From positions 158,006-222,005 of IMG/VR virus record IMGVR_UViG_3300009514_000001: a DNA stretch of 64,000 nt; one strand, given 5' to 3'. The notes beneath the pieces are model-generated. The model was not told the origin of the DNA and did no database searches. It was given only the letters and a program-made list of their open reading frames with translations. The translations under genes and the position numbers were made by a program. Numbering within the stretch: position 1 is the first letter of the stretch; each line of letters begins with the position of its first letter. Positions 37,652 through 46,383 of this stretch are shown one piece after another.

Positions 37652-39115
37652 ATGAAGCAGTACCTCAACCTCCTTCGTGACATCCTGGACCATGGCCAAC
37701 AGAGAGGGGACCGCACAAACACCGGTACTATCAGTCTCTTCGGCCCACAGATGGAGTTCGACCTTCAAGAGGGATTCCCAGCGACCACGACCAAGAAACT
37801 CTTGTTTCGCAAGGTGAAGACGGAGCTTCTCTGGTTTCTTCGAGGAGGAACCAACGTGGCCTGGCTTCACGAGCACAACAACCACATTTGGGACGAGTGG
37901 ATGTTGTCTGACTTGGAAGTTGGAGTCCCCAGCGAAGAAAGACCCCTGATCTGGGTGGACCAGAAAAACGCGACCTCTGCCCCATTCTCCGGAAATCTCA
38001 GCACTCTGGGACTCGATGCCTCAAGAGGGTCGACGGACGACCGACTCCGAAACCTGTGGGTGAAGATCATGCAGAGGTGCTATGACTCCGACCACCACAA
38101 CTTCAGGTTCTACGGCGGAAGGGGGGTGGGTGTCGTCAAAGAGTGGCACGACGTGAACACCTTTGTGCACGGCGTGAAAAACCTACCTAACTGGGGACAC
38201 AAAAACCGTTCGTGGAACGAATACGAACTCGACAAAGACTACTACGGAGCGACAGCCTACGGCCCCGACACCTGCGTATGGCTCCATACGAGCGAGAACA
38301 ACTACTACACCCTGGCAGTATGTCCTGTCCGTATCACACCCCCGACTGGACGTCCCCTGATATACCTAACCCAGGCACACGCGGCACGAGACCTAGACAT
38401 CTCTACCTCTGCCATGAGCAGGTATTTAGAACGTGGCTCCATTGGTCGCCCCTACGGCAGAAGCAAGCGCCTCGAAGGGTGGGGGTTTGAGTACCTCAAG
38501 AGACCGGGAAAATTCCTGAGGATGGCTTTCTCAAAAGGCGATCTGGGCCCGGTGTATGGGTCTATGTGGAGATCATGGCCCAGCACAAACGGAGACATAG
38601 ACCAACTGGCAGGAGTCATCCATGGCATTCGGAACCACCCGGAGTCCAGGCGTCTTCTAGTGAGCGCTTGGAACGTCTCCCTCATTGAGAAGATGGCTTT
38701 ACCTCCCTGCCATATCCAATTCCAATTTTACGTGCGCCACGCCGATGACGGACCGGACTTCCTCGACTGCAAGATGTACCAACGCAGCGCCGACATGTTC
38801 CTCGGGGTGCCTTTCAACATCGCGTCCTACGCCCTGCTGACCCACATGATGGCGCAGGTATGCGAGTTGCGGCCGGGGCGCTTCGTCCACACCTTCGGGG
38901 ACGTCCACATCTACGCAAACCATGTCGACCAGGTCGAAGAACAGCTCTCAAGAGAGCCCGGGGAGGTTCCCTCCCTGTGGCTCAACCCCGACATTGACGA
39001 CATCGACGGCTTTGGTCCGAAGGACATCAGGCTGGTCGACTACAAACACCAAGGCGTCATTCGAGCCCCCATCGCTGTTGGGGGAACCGGATTCATCCCG
39101 ACCATCAAGGAGTAA
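37652..39115 (+). CDS. thyA: Thymidylate synthase with an in-frame endonuclease-like insertion
   Basis: Motifs DRTNTGT, ELLWFLRG, IWDEW, GDLGPVYG, MALPPCH, YQRSADMFLGVPFNIASY and GDVHIY. Confidence 0.95.
   Translation: MKQYLNLLRDILDHGQQRGDRTNTGTISLFGPQMEFDLQEGFPATTTKKLLFRKVKTELLWFLRGGTNVAWLHEHNNHIWDEWMLSDLEVGVPSEERPLIWVDQKNATSAPFSGNLSTLGLDASRGSTDDRLRNLWVKIMQRCYDSDHHNFRFYGGRGVGVVKEWHDVNTFVHGVKNLPNWGHKNRSWNEYELDKDYYGATAYGPDTCVWLHTSENNYYTLAVCPVRITPPTGRPLIYLTQAHAARDLDISTSAMSRYLERGSIGRPYGRSKRLEGWGFEYLKRPGKFLRMAFSKGDLGPVYGSMWRSWPSTNGDIDQLAGVIHGIRNHPESRRLLVSAWNVSLIEKMALPPCHIQFQFYVRHADDGPDFLDCKMYQRSADMFLGVPFNIASYALLTHMMAQVCELRPGRFVHTFGDVHIYANHVDQVEEQLSREPGEVPSLWLNPDIDDIDGFGPKDIRLVDYKHQGVIRAPIAVGGTGFIPTIKE
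37901..38536 (+). mobile_element. In-frame HNH-type homing-endonuclease-like insert with an HTH (about 212 aa) inside ThyA
   Basis: Lies between IWDEW and GDLGP. Sequence W..IMQRC...YGGRGV.V..EW...F...ELDKD...YGPDTCVW....NN, followed by a NUMOD1-like HTH AARDLDISTSAMSRYL. Confidence 0.75.
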
Positions 39116-39119
39116 TGCC

Positions 39120-39422
39120 ATGAAAGCCTTCACCCTCTTCTTTCTCCTCGCCTTCCTCTTCGTGGGCTGCGCCGCCGGACCCAACGACCTGGTCGGACAG
39201 GCCAACGACTCCGGAGACCTGGCGGGATTCTGGAAGGGCCTCTGGCATGGGTTCATCATGCCCATTTCCTGGTTCATCTCCCTGTTCGACTCGGACGTGA
39301 CCATCTACGAAGTCCATAACAGCGGAGGGTGGTACACCTTCGGCTTCTGGCTGGGGGTCAGCACGGTCTACGGAGGCGGCACGACGGCTGGTCGCAAGGT
39401 CCGAAATGGAGGAGAGGCGTAA
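39120..39422 (+). CDS. Small membrane lipoprotein
   Basis: Lipobox FVGC after a hydrophobic signal; GFWKGLWHG...IYEVHNSGGWY. Confidence 0.7.
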   Translation: MKAFTLFFLLAFLFVGCAAGPNDLVGQANDSGDLAGFWKGLWHGFIMPISWFISLFDSDVTIYEVHNSGGWYTFGFWLGVSTVYGGGTTAGRKVRNGGEA

Positions 39423-39424
39423 AC

Positions 39425-39760
39425 CTATTCCTTCATGAGGTCCTGAACGACCTCGTGGGCCATCCTGGACATCGGGTTGGCCCGATAGCGCCCAGTCCGG
39501 TAGACCGCGTTGGCGAGGGACTTCGATAGCCCTGAGAGAATCTTCCTCATCAGCGGATGGTTCGGGTCCCGGTGAACCTGGGTGAAGAACAAATCCAGGT
39601 ACTGACGGACGTTATGGATGTCCGCCCCCGCCTCGTCACGGATACGTTCGAGGTCATCTCCCCACACAAGCTCGTCACCAGACGCCGCGGCCTCACCCTC
39701 CCTCAGCGCATTGGCGAGGGCCCGGAGAAGCTCCTGGTGTACCTGGGCGCTCTTGTCCAT
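39425..39760 (-). CDS. Hypothetical protein
   Basis: 111 aa; start overlaps the upstream stop. Confidence 0.6.
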   Translation of the reverse strand: MDKSAQVHQELLRALANALREGEAAASGDELVWGDDLERIRDEAGADIHNVRQYLDLFFTQVHRDPNHPLMRKILSGLSKSLANAVYRTGRYRANPMSRMAHEVVQDLMKE

Positions 39761-40812
39761 CAGTCGAGGGTGTGTATGATTCCGGTGTAATACCAGAGAA
39801 GGTGAATATCCCCTAGCATATCTACCGTCAATTGATCTGCCCGGCCAAGATCCCCTACCGCCTCGGCTCGTCTCAGGAGGGTCTTTTTCACCTTCTCTCG
39901 ACTCTTTAGGGACTCTTTTAGAGCCCTCCCCGGATTCTTACTCAAGAATCCCTCTGCCGCTTCCCTAGAACCCTCCAGGTATGCCTCTCGGGGGCTTCCC
40001 CACCGTGAAGCTCTCTTGTGTTTAGCCCCTTCAAGGATATCCAAGAGAGCATCCTTGAGCTGGACGTTCTCAGTCGAGGCCGCCAGGCGAATCATCTCGT
40101 TCCGTAGATTTTGGTCCACTTCGTTACTCCTACTAAAAGTGGTCTCGTCGAACAACGAGCCCTTCTTCTTGCGTCCCTCCCACTTGGCCTTCCACCGCTT
40201 CTTCCACTGCTGGTACTTGCGGTTCCAGAGACGGAACTTGGCCTTGTTCTTGGGCTCCCAAGGGCCGACGAGGGGCTTCGGCTTGTGGAGGCTGCGAATC
40301 TGGACCTTCTTGCCCTTGTAGTTCGTCTGGCGTCGGCCACCGTCACGAGCCCGGTTGAACATCATCGGACTGGAGTCGAGGTCGACCTTGCCCGTCTGCG
40401 GGTTCTTCTGGATAGGGCGGCGGCGGCGACTTCGACGCTTGCGGCGGCGACGCATCTTCCGGAGACGCTTGCGCATCTTGCCGACGTCGCGAGCGAACAC
40501 CTCGCGGACCGCGGCCTCTTGCATCAAGGGGGACAGGAGCTGGAGAAGGTCGTTGGCGGTTCTGAGGGTGCCGGACTGGTCACCTCTATCCCAGAACACC
40601 CCCTCCGGGCTGAGATGCGGAAGTTCCGGACTCACCCCTGTGCTGGCAACGATAGAGAGGTCCCCAACCCGGTAGCTGTCCTCAGCCATTAGCACGCCGC
40701 GCATACAGGTCCCGAACCTCCAGTCGAGACCGGAGGCCGTCAGGACGTCTCTGATGACGGGGTCTGTCAGTGCAGGTTCTTTGTACTGTCCGTGAGGCAT
40801 CGTCTTCTCCAT
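39760..40812 (-). CDS. Highly basic hypothetical (possible virion-internal) protein
   Basis: Arg/Lys tracts and the LRNEMIRLAA...LLDIL motif. Confidence 0.6.
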   Translation of the reverse strand: MEKTMPHGQYKEPALTDPVIRDVLTASGLDWRFGTCMRGVLMAEDSYRVGDLSIVASTGVSPELPHLSPEGVFWDRGDQSGTLRTANDLLQLLSPLMQEAAVREVFARDVGKMRKRLRKMRRRRKRRSRRRRPIQKNPQTGKVDLDSSPMMFNRARDGGRRQTNYKGKKVQIRSLHKPKPLVGPWEPKNKAKFRLWNRKYQQWKKRWKAKWEGRKKKGSLFDETTFSRSNEVDQNLRNEMIRLAASTENVQLKDALLDILEGAKHKRASRWGSPREAYLEGSREAAEGFLSKNPGRALKESLKSREKVKKTLLRRAEAVGDLGRADQLTVDMLGDIHLLWYYTGIIHTLD

Positions 40813-40860
40813 GCTCTCTCAGGCACGGATGATAGGAGGGCTAACGCTTGTAGGCGTCCC

Positions 40861-41733
40861 TCAGTAGTACACGGTAATGCCGAGAGCCTTCAGATGAGGT
40901 TCGAGCATCTTCATGTACCGCGAAGAGCCACTCAGATGGTCCCTCAAATCTACGGAGCCCTCCTGCATGGCTTCCCACAGAGTTTCGACATTGATGTAGT
41001 CTCTTCGTCTGCCCTCGATATACCACCGGAGACCACTCTGGTCCCACTCCTTCCCAGAGATACCGACTGTATCCTCAATCCACTCCAGAAGTTCCCACTT
41101 ATCCCGAGGGGATGACGCCTGCTTGAGGAGGGTCAGGAGATCGTCCTGGACCTGGCCGGGATTGGCACTGGCCACCTTGACGAGGGCGCCACGGAGGTAG
41201 GCTTCAAGGGCGGCCTTCTTGCCGATACCACGGCCCTTCATGTTGAGGGCGTGCGAGAGCTGCTTCATCTGCCGGCTGATGTTGACGGGAGTCTTGCTCT
41301 TGTTGCCGACCGCCTCGATGGCCTTGAGCTGTTTCTGGAGCTTGCGAAGCTCCTTGAGATTGTACTTCTGCGCCAGGTCGAGGGAGTCCCCCTTAATGCT
41401 GTCCACAATCTTCTGACCGACCGCCGCGATATTCTCCGGCGTGGGCTTGAACTTCATGATGCCGCGGTCGAGAAGCTTCTGTTTGCCCTTGTCTCCGCCC
41501 TTGTCCTTCTCGCCCTTGTCTCCGCCCTTGCCCTTGACCTTCGACTCCCAGTCCTCTTTGGACATAGGCTTCTCGCCCTTGCGCTTCTTGTCCTTGATGT
41601 AGTCCTGATAGTTGCCGGGCTTCTTCTTGCGGAAGAACGCGTGACGCTCCAGGACCGGAAGGAGGTCGCCCTGAATCTGGGGGTCGTTGGCCGCGAGATG
41701 GACCAGGTCGTCGAACAGTTGATTGTCGTCCAT
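40861..41733 (-). CDS. Lys-rich hypothetical (possible virion-internal) protein
   Basis: Two copies of an L...LV.(L/V)A...P....DLL..L motif; strong GC3 bias. Confidence 0.65.
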   Translation of the reverse strand: MDDNQLFDDLVHLAANDPQIQGDLLPVLERHAFFRKKKPGNYQDYIKDKKRKGEKPMSKEDWESKVKGKGGDKGEKDKGGDKGKQKLLDRGIMKFKPTPENIAAVGQKIVDSIKGDSLDLAQKYNLKELRKLQKQLKAIEAVGNKSKTPVNISRQMKQLSHALNMKGRGIGKKAALEAYLRGALVKVASANPGQVQDDLLTLLKQASSPRDKWELLEWIEDTVGISGKEWDQSGLRWYIEGRRRDYINVETLWEAMQEGSVDLRDHLSGSSRYMKMLEPHLKALGITVYY

Positions 41734-41886
41734 GGCCTTCTTCTCCCCGGTTATGATCTGGAGGGACGTCTTCGTGGTGTCTCACCTGAGGCGACTCTAT
41801 AGGAGCCTCACCACACCCTAGCGGTCCTATCACCATACATTGTCAGTAGCGCTATTGAGCTTGTTGCGGACCTAGGGGAGGACCTG

Positions 41887-42924
41887 ATGTCCCGCTTCGC
41901 TCTTCTCGCGCTTTGTCTACTTCTCTCCGGTTGTGCCGAGACCCCGGGATCTCAGTACGCCCGGACCGAAACGTCTGCCGACCACCTTCCCAGCAAAGAC
42001 TCTGAACCCCTCCTGTCAGACGCCGAGGACCTTCCTCAGTGCGGGTTCGAGGCAGACATCCTCGACACGTCCGACACGTCTCCAGAGTGCGAGGAGACAC
42101 TGGCCATCACTGGCAGTGGGTGCGTTGATCTCATCGCCAGACAACATCTGAGCGCGGGTTCTGTCTGCGTCTCCCTCGAAGACGATACGCTCCGGGTCAC
42201 CTTCGAGATGATTGGCGGGTGGACCCTGGACGAGGCACACCTGTGGGTCGGAACCGACATCGGCGACCTCCCCCTGAACCGTGCCGGCAACCCCGTCCCG
42301 GGGCAGTTCCCCTACGCCGCTGAAGGCCACGGCCAGACCTCACTCTCGTTCCTGGCACCCCTCCCCAGAGCAGAGGAATGCCCCTGGGAAGTCCTCATCG
42401 CCGCGCACGCAGCCGTGAACCACCCTGAGAGGCCCTCAGAGACCGCCTGGGGTAACGGAGACGATGTCGGGTCCGGTTGGGCCATGCTGTCCGCCGTAGA
42501 GGTGTCCTGCTCGTGTGAGGAGCCTGAGGAGGACTGCGAGACCGCCTTCGCTATCGGCCAGCAGACCTTCATCAACCTCGGCCTGACGGACAGCCGGTGG
42601 GGTTGGCAAATCGGCCCCCTGGAGGCACCCGCTTCTCACGAGGCCTCTATCTACGCCGGTGCCGGACAGAACGACCTCACTAAGGGAACCCGGGTCGGGA
42701 CCCTCCAGGTGGATTATGACGGAACCAACGTCACGGTCTCCTTTCACGCCCTACCCGACTACGAAATCACGGAGACACACGTCTATATCGGCATTGAGCC
42801 AGTTGAGGTCATCGCCCCCGGACAGTTCCTTTTCGGAGGCGAGGGACAGCCCATCTACACCGTAGGCGGACTGGACGGAGAACCCATCTACGTCGTAGGA
42901 CACGCCGTCGTGTGTTCACAATGA
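41887..42924 (+). CDS. Acidic Cys-rich lipoprotein with a duplicated domain
   Basis: Lipobox LSGC. Repeated pattern HLWVG...PGQF...AAHAAV and HVYIG...PGQF...VGHAVV. Confidence 0.7.
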   Translation: MSRFALLALCLLLSGCAETPGSQYARTETSADHLPSKDSEPLLSDAEDLPQCGFEADILDTSDTSPECEETLAITGSGCVDLIARQHLSAGSVCVSLEDDTLRVTFEMIGGWTLDEAHLWVGTDIGDLPLNRAGNPVPGQFPYAAEGHGQTSLSFLAPLPRAEECPWEVLIAAHAAVNHPERPSETAWGNGDDVGSGWAMLSAVEVSCSCEEPEEDCETAFAIGQQTFINLGLTDSRWGWQIGPLEAPASHEASIYAGAGQNDLTKGTRVGTLQVDYDGTNVTVSFHALPDYEITETHVYIGIEPVEVIAPGQFLFGGEGQPIYTVGGLDGEPIYVVGHAVVCSQ

Positions 42925-43373
42925 AGTGGGTCCTCACATCCCTGTTGGCCCTGATGGTGGCGGCCTGCGCTCCGGCGGAGGTCGCCCCGCCCACGTATGT
43001 CCTCCAAGACCGTATCCCCGTGACCTACGTCTGGGACTCCACGATACCTGGAGAGGCCCAAGCCCGGTGGTCCATCAGGAAGCCGCCGACCATCGCTATC
43101 CACCCGACGAAGTTCCTCAGACAACCCCCCGCCGTCCAACACTTCATCATCCTCCACGAACTAGCCCACCTCGACTTCGTCCTTCGGGGTGTCGGCCAAA
43201 GCGAGTTGGCGGCCGACTGTCAGGCTGTGGTCTGGATGAGGGAGAAGAGCATGATGTCTTCCTCGGGACTGGCGGAAGTCATCTGGTTCCTTCAGAACCT
43301 GGGACCGTCGGACGTCCACCCGCCAGGGGTCGAGAGGGCGAACAACGCCCTCTCGTGCCTTCTGGAGAACTAG
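42921..43373 (+). CDS. Lipoprotein zinc metallopeptidase (M48-like HExxH)
   Basis: Lipobox VAAC; HELAH...ELAAD...HPPGVER. ATGA overlap with the upstream gene. Confidence 0.7.
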   Translation: MKWVLTSLLALMVAACAPAEVAPPTYVLQDRIPVTYVWDSTIPGEAQARWSIRKPPTIAIHPTKFLRQPPAVQHFIILHELAHLDFVLRGVGQSELAADCQAVVWMREKSMMSSSGLAEVIWFLQNLGPSDVHPPGVERANNALSCLLEN

Positions 43374-44266
43374 ACCTTCACCCTCTTGGCCACGCCCGCC
43401 TTTCCGTACTTGAACACACGCAAATGGCACTTGGCCTTATAGTCCTTGGGCAAGTCATCCGCGAACCCCTTGAACTTCACCTTTCCCGGTACCAGGTAGA
43501 GGTTCAGGCTCAGATCTTCCAGGTTGAGGACCATGAGGGATGTCGTACTCATGTTGTCCGTGTCACGGACGATGTTGTAGGGGTCGTCGGGGTTCTTGAG
43601 AGAAGGCTTGCGTAGGGCGTCAGCAATAGTCTTAGGCTTCGAGAGGGAACTAAGACCCCTCACGGCCCTGTCATGGCGTTCCACAGAGGAGCGGTGGTCA
43701 TCCCCTTTGGTGTAGCCAGCATCAGGATAGGAGAACCCATGGTTGGTGCGCACCCAGGTTTTACCCTTCGGAACCCTCTTGATGACCGCCTCGTGCTTAC
43801 GAGTCATCTCGATGCTGACCGTGGAGGAGGAGTCACTTAGAAACGTATGACCCTTTATCCCTCCCTTGAATGTCAGAAGGGACTCCTGAGCCTGGGCTAG
43901 GGTCTTCTTCCCCAGAGCGCGGAAGATGCGAGGACCGTCCTTCGACTTCTTCTTCTTCTCGGACTTCGCAATTTCCTTCTCAGCCTCATCCCGACCGACC
44001 TGGAGAGCAGAGTTCACGATGCCAATACCGTATTCGTTCAGACCCTCGACCCAGCCGGTCAACACGTCCTCCAGGTAGAGAACCTCAACCCCGCCCACGA
44101 GGGTATGGACCACCCGCACCTCCGGAACATAGTTGCGATCTCTGGTCTTCACCAAACACCGCTCTCCGCCCCAGACCCCCGCGGCCACCACACATGAAGT
44201 GCGTATCCCGAACAGGCTCCGCACATATGCCGCCGCCACACGGCGGGCGATACTCCACCGATCCAC
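43370..44266 (-). CDS. Ntn-hydrolase (C45/acyltransferase-like) with a 24-aa propeptide
   Basis: Cys25 starts CVVAAG...KTRD; also EGLNEYGIGI and RTNH. Confidence 0.7.
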   Translation of the reverse strand: MDRWSIARRVAAAYVRSLFGIRTSCVVAAGVWGGERCLVKTRDRNYVPEVRVVHTLVGGVEVLYLEDVLTGWVEGLNEYGIGIVNSALQVGRDEAEKEIAKSEKKKKSKDGPRIFRALGKKTLAQAQESLLTFKGGIKGHTFLSDSSSTVSIEMTRKHEAVIKRVPKGKTWVRTNHGFSYPDAGYTKGDDHRSSVERHDRAVRGLSSLSKPKTIADALRKPSLKNPDDPYNIVRDTDNMSTTSLMVLNLEDLSLNLYLVPGKVKFKGFADDLPKDYKAKCHLRVFKYGKAGVAKRVKV

Positions 44267-44308
44267 TTCACCCCCAGGAAGGTCGACCGGACCTTCTACC
44301 TGGAGTGT

Positions 44309-44596
44309 TCATAGACAACTCACCGAGAGGCCAGCCTCCAGGAAGCCCCAGACATGCCATCCACATCCGGGCCGGGGACACAGGATTGAGGCGTTGATCT
44401 CCCCATTGTCCTCGATGGTGTAGTTGCGCAGGTCCTCGGCATGTTTGCCACACCCACCACAGATGAGGTGGACTCCCTCGTGGTGATTGGAGTCGTCGCT
44501 GTAGAACTAATGCATGAGGGCGACAGAGGGGCGCTCCGCCTCAACGGCCCTGTCGTAGTCGGTGAAGAACTCGGCGTGGAGAGCCTTCGAGACCAT
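44309..44596 (-). pseudogene. Small Cys/His-rich ORF interrupted by one TAG
   Basis: MVSKALH...ALMH*FYSDD...CGGC...ASILCPRPGCGWH; the TAG is at 44507-44509. Confidence 0.4.
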
Positions 44597-44797
44597 CCGC
44601 TTATGGGTTTCGGAAGGCAGCACGCACACAGGAGGACCTGAGAGGCTCAGAGAATGTCGCCCTTGAACTCACGGCCGCAGTGGGGGCAGGTGATTGGCAT
44701 GGTGTCCTCCGTCGTTGATGACGAGAGAACCATACCAGAAGGGACACGGACAGGCAAAAGATTGTGTAAGTATTTAGAATAGTTAAGAAAAACCGCC

Positions 44798-45430
44798 CTA
44801 CAAAAACGACCTAGGACTCAACACGCCCCGACCGACAGCGGGGCCGAAACTCGACCGGATTCCGATGCCAAATCGAGGCTGTTGGAGTCCTCGGAGGAGC
44901 TTCGTGGTCTGAATCTTGACCTCGGTGGCGCCCTTCTCGAAGTGAGCCTCGGCCTGATTCTTCAGGCTCTGGTACTTGGAAGATTTCTCTATGTCGAGAC
45001 TGATACCGCCAATGGAATATGAGTTGTGGGCCACCACACCATTGGTCAGCACAAAGTTCTGGTCCCCCGGCACACACAGGTCATAGGTATGCTCCTGAGG
45101 CTCCAAACGCTCGACGGAGGCCACCTCCACCTCCCGAAGAGTCCCGTCAAACACCACAGCCAAAGGCATTCCAGGTTCGATGCTGGACCCCTCAACCGCA
45201 ACCAGGCAGTCCCCTTGACGCAAAAAGAGGCTGTGGTCCTCCGTGCAGACTACCGAGAGACCCCCTACCAGGGCCACACACACCATCTCTTTGTGGTCTG
45301 TTTGATGCTCCATCACATCTGACACCACAGACTCAGAGACCTCTCCCGTTTCCGGGGAAACGGACCTCACCTTCAGAGTTCCCGCCAGGAACTCCTCTCG
45401 AATAGCCCTTGCAAGGTCTTGGTCAATCAT
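44798..45430 (-). CDS. Split neck-like protein, part 3: IntC2 (136 aa) plus C-extein (74 aa)
   Basis: ATG 45430 with SD. Block B CTEDHSLF, block F TYDLCV, and terminus VVAHN followed by SYSIGGISLD. Confidence 0.88.
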   Translation of the reverse strand: MIDQDLARAIREEFLAGTLKVRSVSPETGEVSESVVSDVMEHQTDHKEMVCVALVGGLSVVCTEDHSLFLRQGDCLVAVEGSSIEPGMPLAVVFDGTLREVEVASVERLEPQEHTYDLCVPGDQNFVLTNGVVAHNSYSIGGISLDIEKSSKYQSLKNQAEAHFEKGATEVKIQTTKLLRGLQQPRFGIGIRSSFGPAVGRGVLSPRSFL

Positions 45431-46383
45431 CGCCTCTCCTCCACCGCTCGCCGCACCCGAGAGATACATCCCTGGAGATCATTTTTCACCGCATGTCCAG
45501 GGAGGCGGACAACCGCCCACCCTCGTCTTGTCAAGTAGGTCTTGCTTTTGTCCAAACGTTGTGTGTCTGGACGCCCATCAAAACCACACTCGACACACCC
45601 GTGCCAATAGCAACCATCGACTTCGACGGCGATCTTCAACTCCGGGTGTGCCTCATCTAGGTGGTAGTACCCCACCTCATATTCTGTTTGGAACCCGACC
45701 AGGCCGCTCTGCTCCAGCGCCCGGGTAACCTCTCGGTGGAGCCTCGTATGTTTCTTCGTGAGGTGTCTACGAGCATTCAGAGCGAGTGCGAGGGACTTCT
45801 CCCTGTTGTCCCTGTGCCACCTCTCCACCTGCCCTCGCAAAGGACCTTCTGCCCAACGCTTTCTCGTTTCCTCTCCTCTCTGAACCCTCTGTTCGGGGTC
45901 CTGATTGAGCTGGCGAAGATGAGCAGCGGCTTGTTCCTTGTACCCCGAGGCGTGTAGGAGAAGAGAGCTTTCCGAAATCCTCTCCCTCGTCTTTTCCCCC
46001 GCCGGAGTCTGGAACCTTTTCTTCAGGGTCTCTGACTGAGCTTCTCTCTGAGCAGGCGACTTTGCCTTGTTACTCTGACACAGCCCAGAAAGTACGCGAA
46101 CCTCCTGGTGGTTCTTTCGATAGTCCTCCAGAGACTTCCCGGAACATGCTCGCAAATGCCTAGTCGTCACCTGCGCTAGGAAAGCCCCACACTCCAAACA
46201 GACGACATAGTGTTCCCCCTCCACCAAGTTGCTCAGGGTAGAGGGGTCAATCTTACGTCGAAGAGGGGAGGAGGCATTCGGAAAGAAGGACAAAACACCC
46301 CGGCCCAAGAGGGTCGCCAGGGCTCTTTGATTGAACCCAAAACGCAACATTACCTGACGTTGGGAGAGACCCTTAGCGGACAT
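45427..46383 (-). CDS. Free-standing zinc-finger plus Vsr/DUF559-type endonuclease at split site 2
   Basis: ATG 46383. LVEGEHYVVCLEC finger; EYEVG...DEA...IAVEVDGCYWH...GWAVVRL. Confidence 0.8.
   Translation of the reverse strand: MSAKGLSQRQVMLRFGFNQRALATLLGRGVLSFFPNASSPLRRKIDPSTLSNLVEGEHYVVCLECGAFLAQVTTRHLRACSGKSLEDYRKNHQEVRVLSGLCQSNKAKSPAQREAQSETLKKRFQTPAGEKTRERISESSLLLHASGYKEQAAAHLRQLNQDPEQRVQRGEETRKRWAEGPLRGQVERWHRDNREKSLALALNARRHLTKKHTRLHREVTRALEQSGLVGFQTEYEVGYYHLDEAHPELKIAVEVDGCYWHGCVECGFDGRPDTQRLDKSKTYLTRRGWAVVRLPGHAVKNDLQGCISRVRRAVEERR

Noticed and set aside
37901-38536. ThyA insert as an intein or group I intron
   Set aside because: No intein terminal residues or blocks, no recognisable P/Q/R/S elements, and the frame is open throughout.
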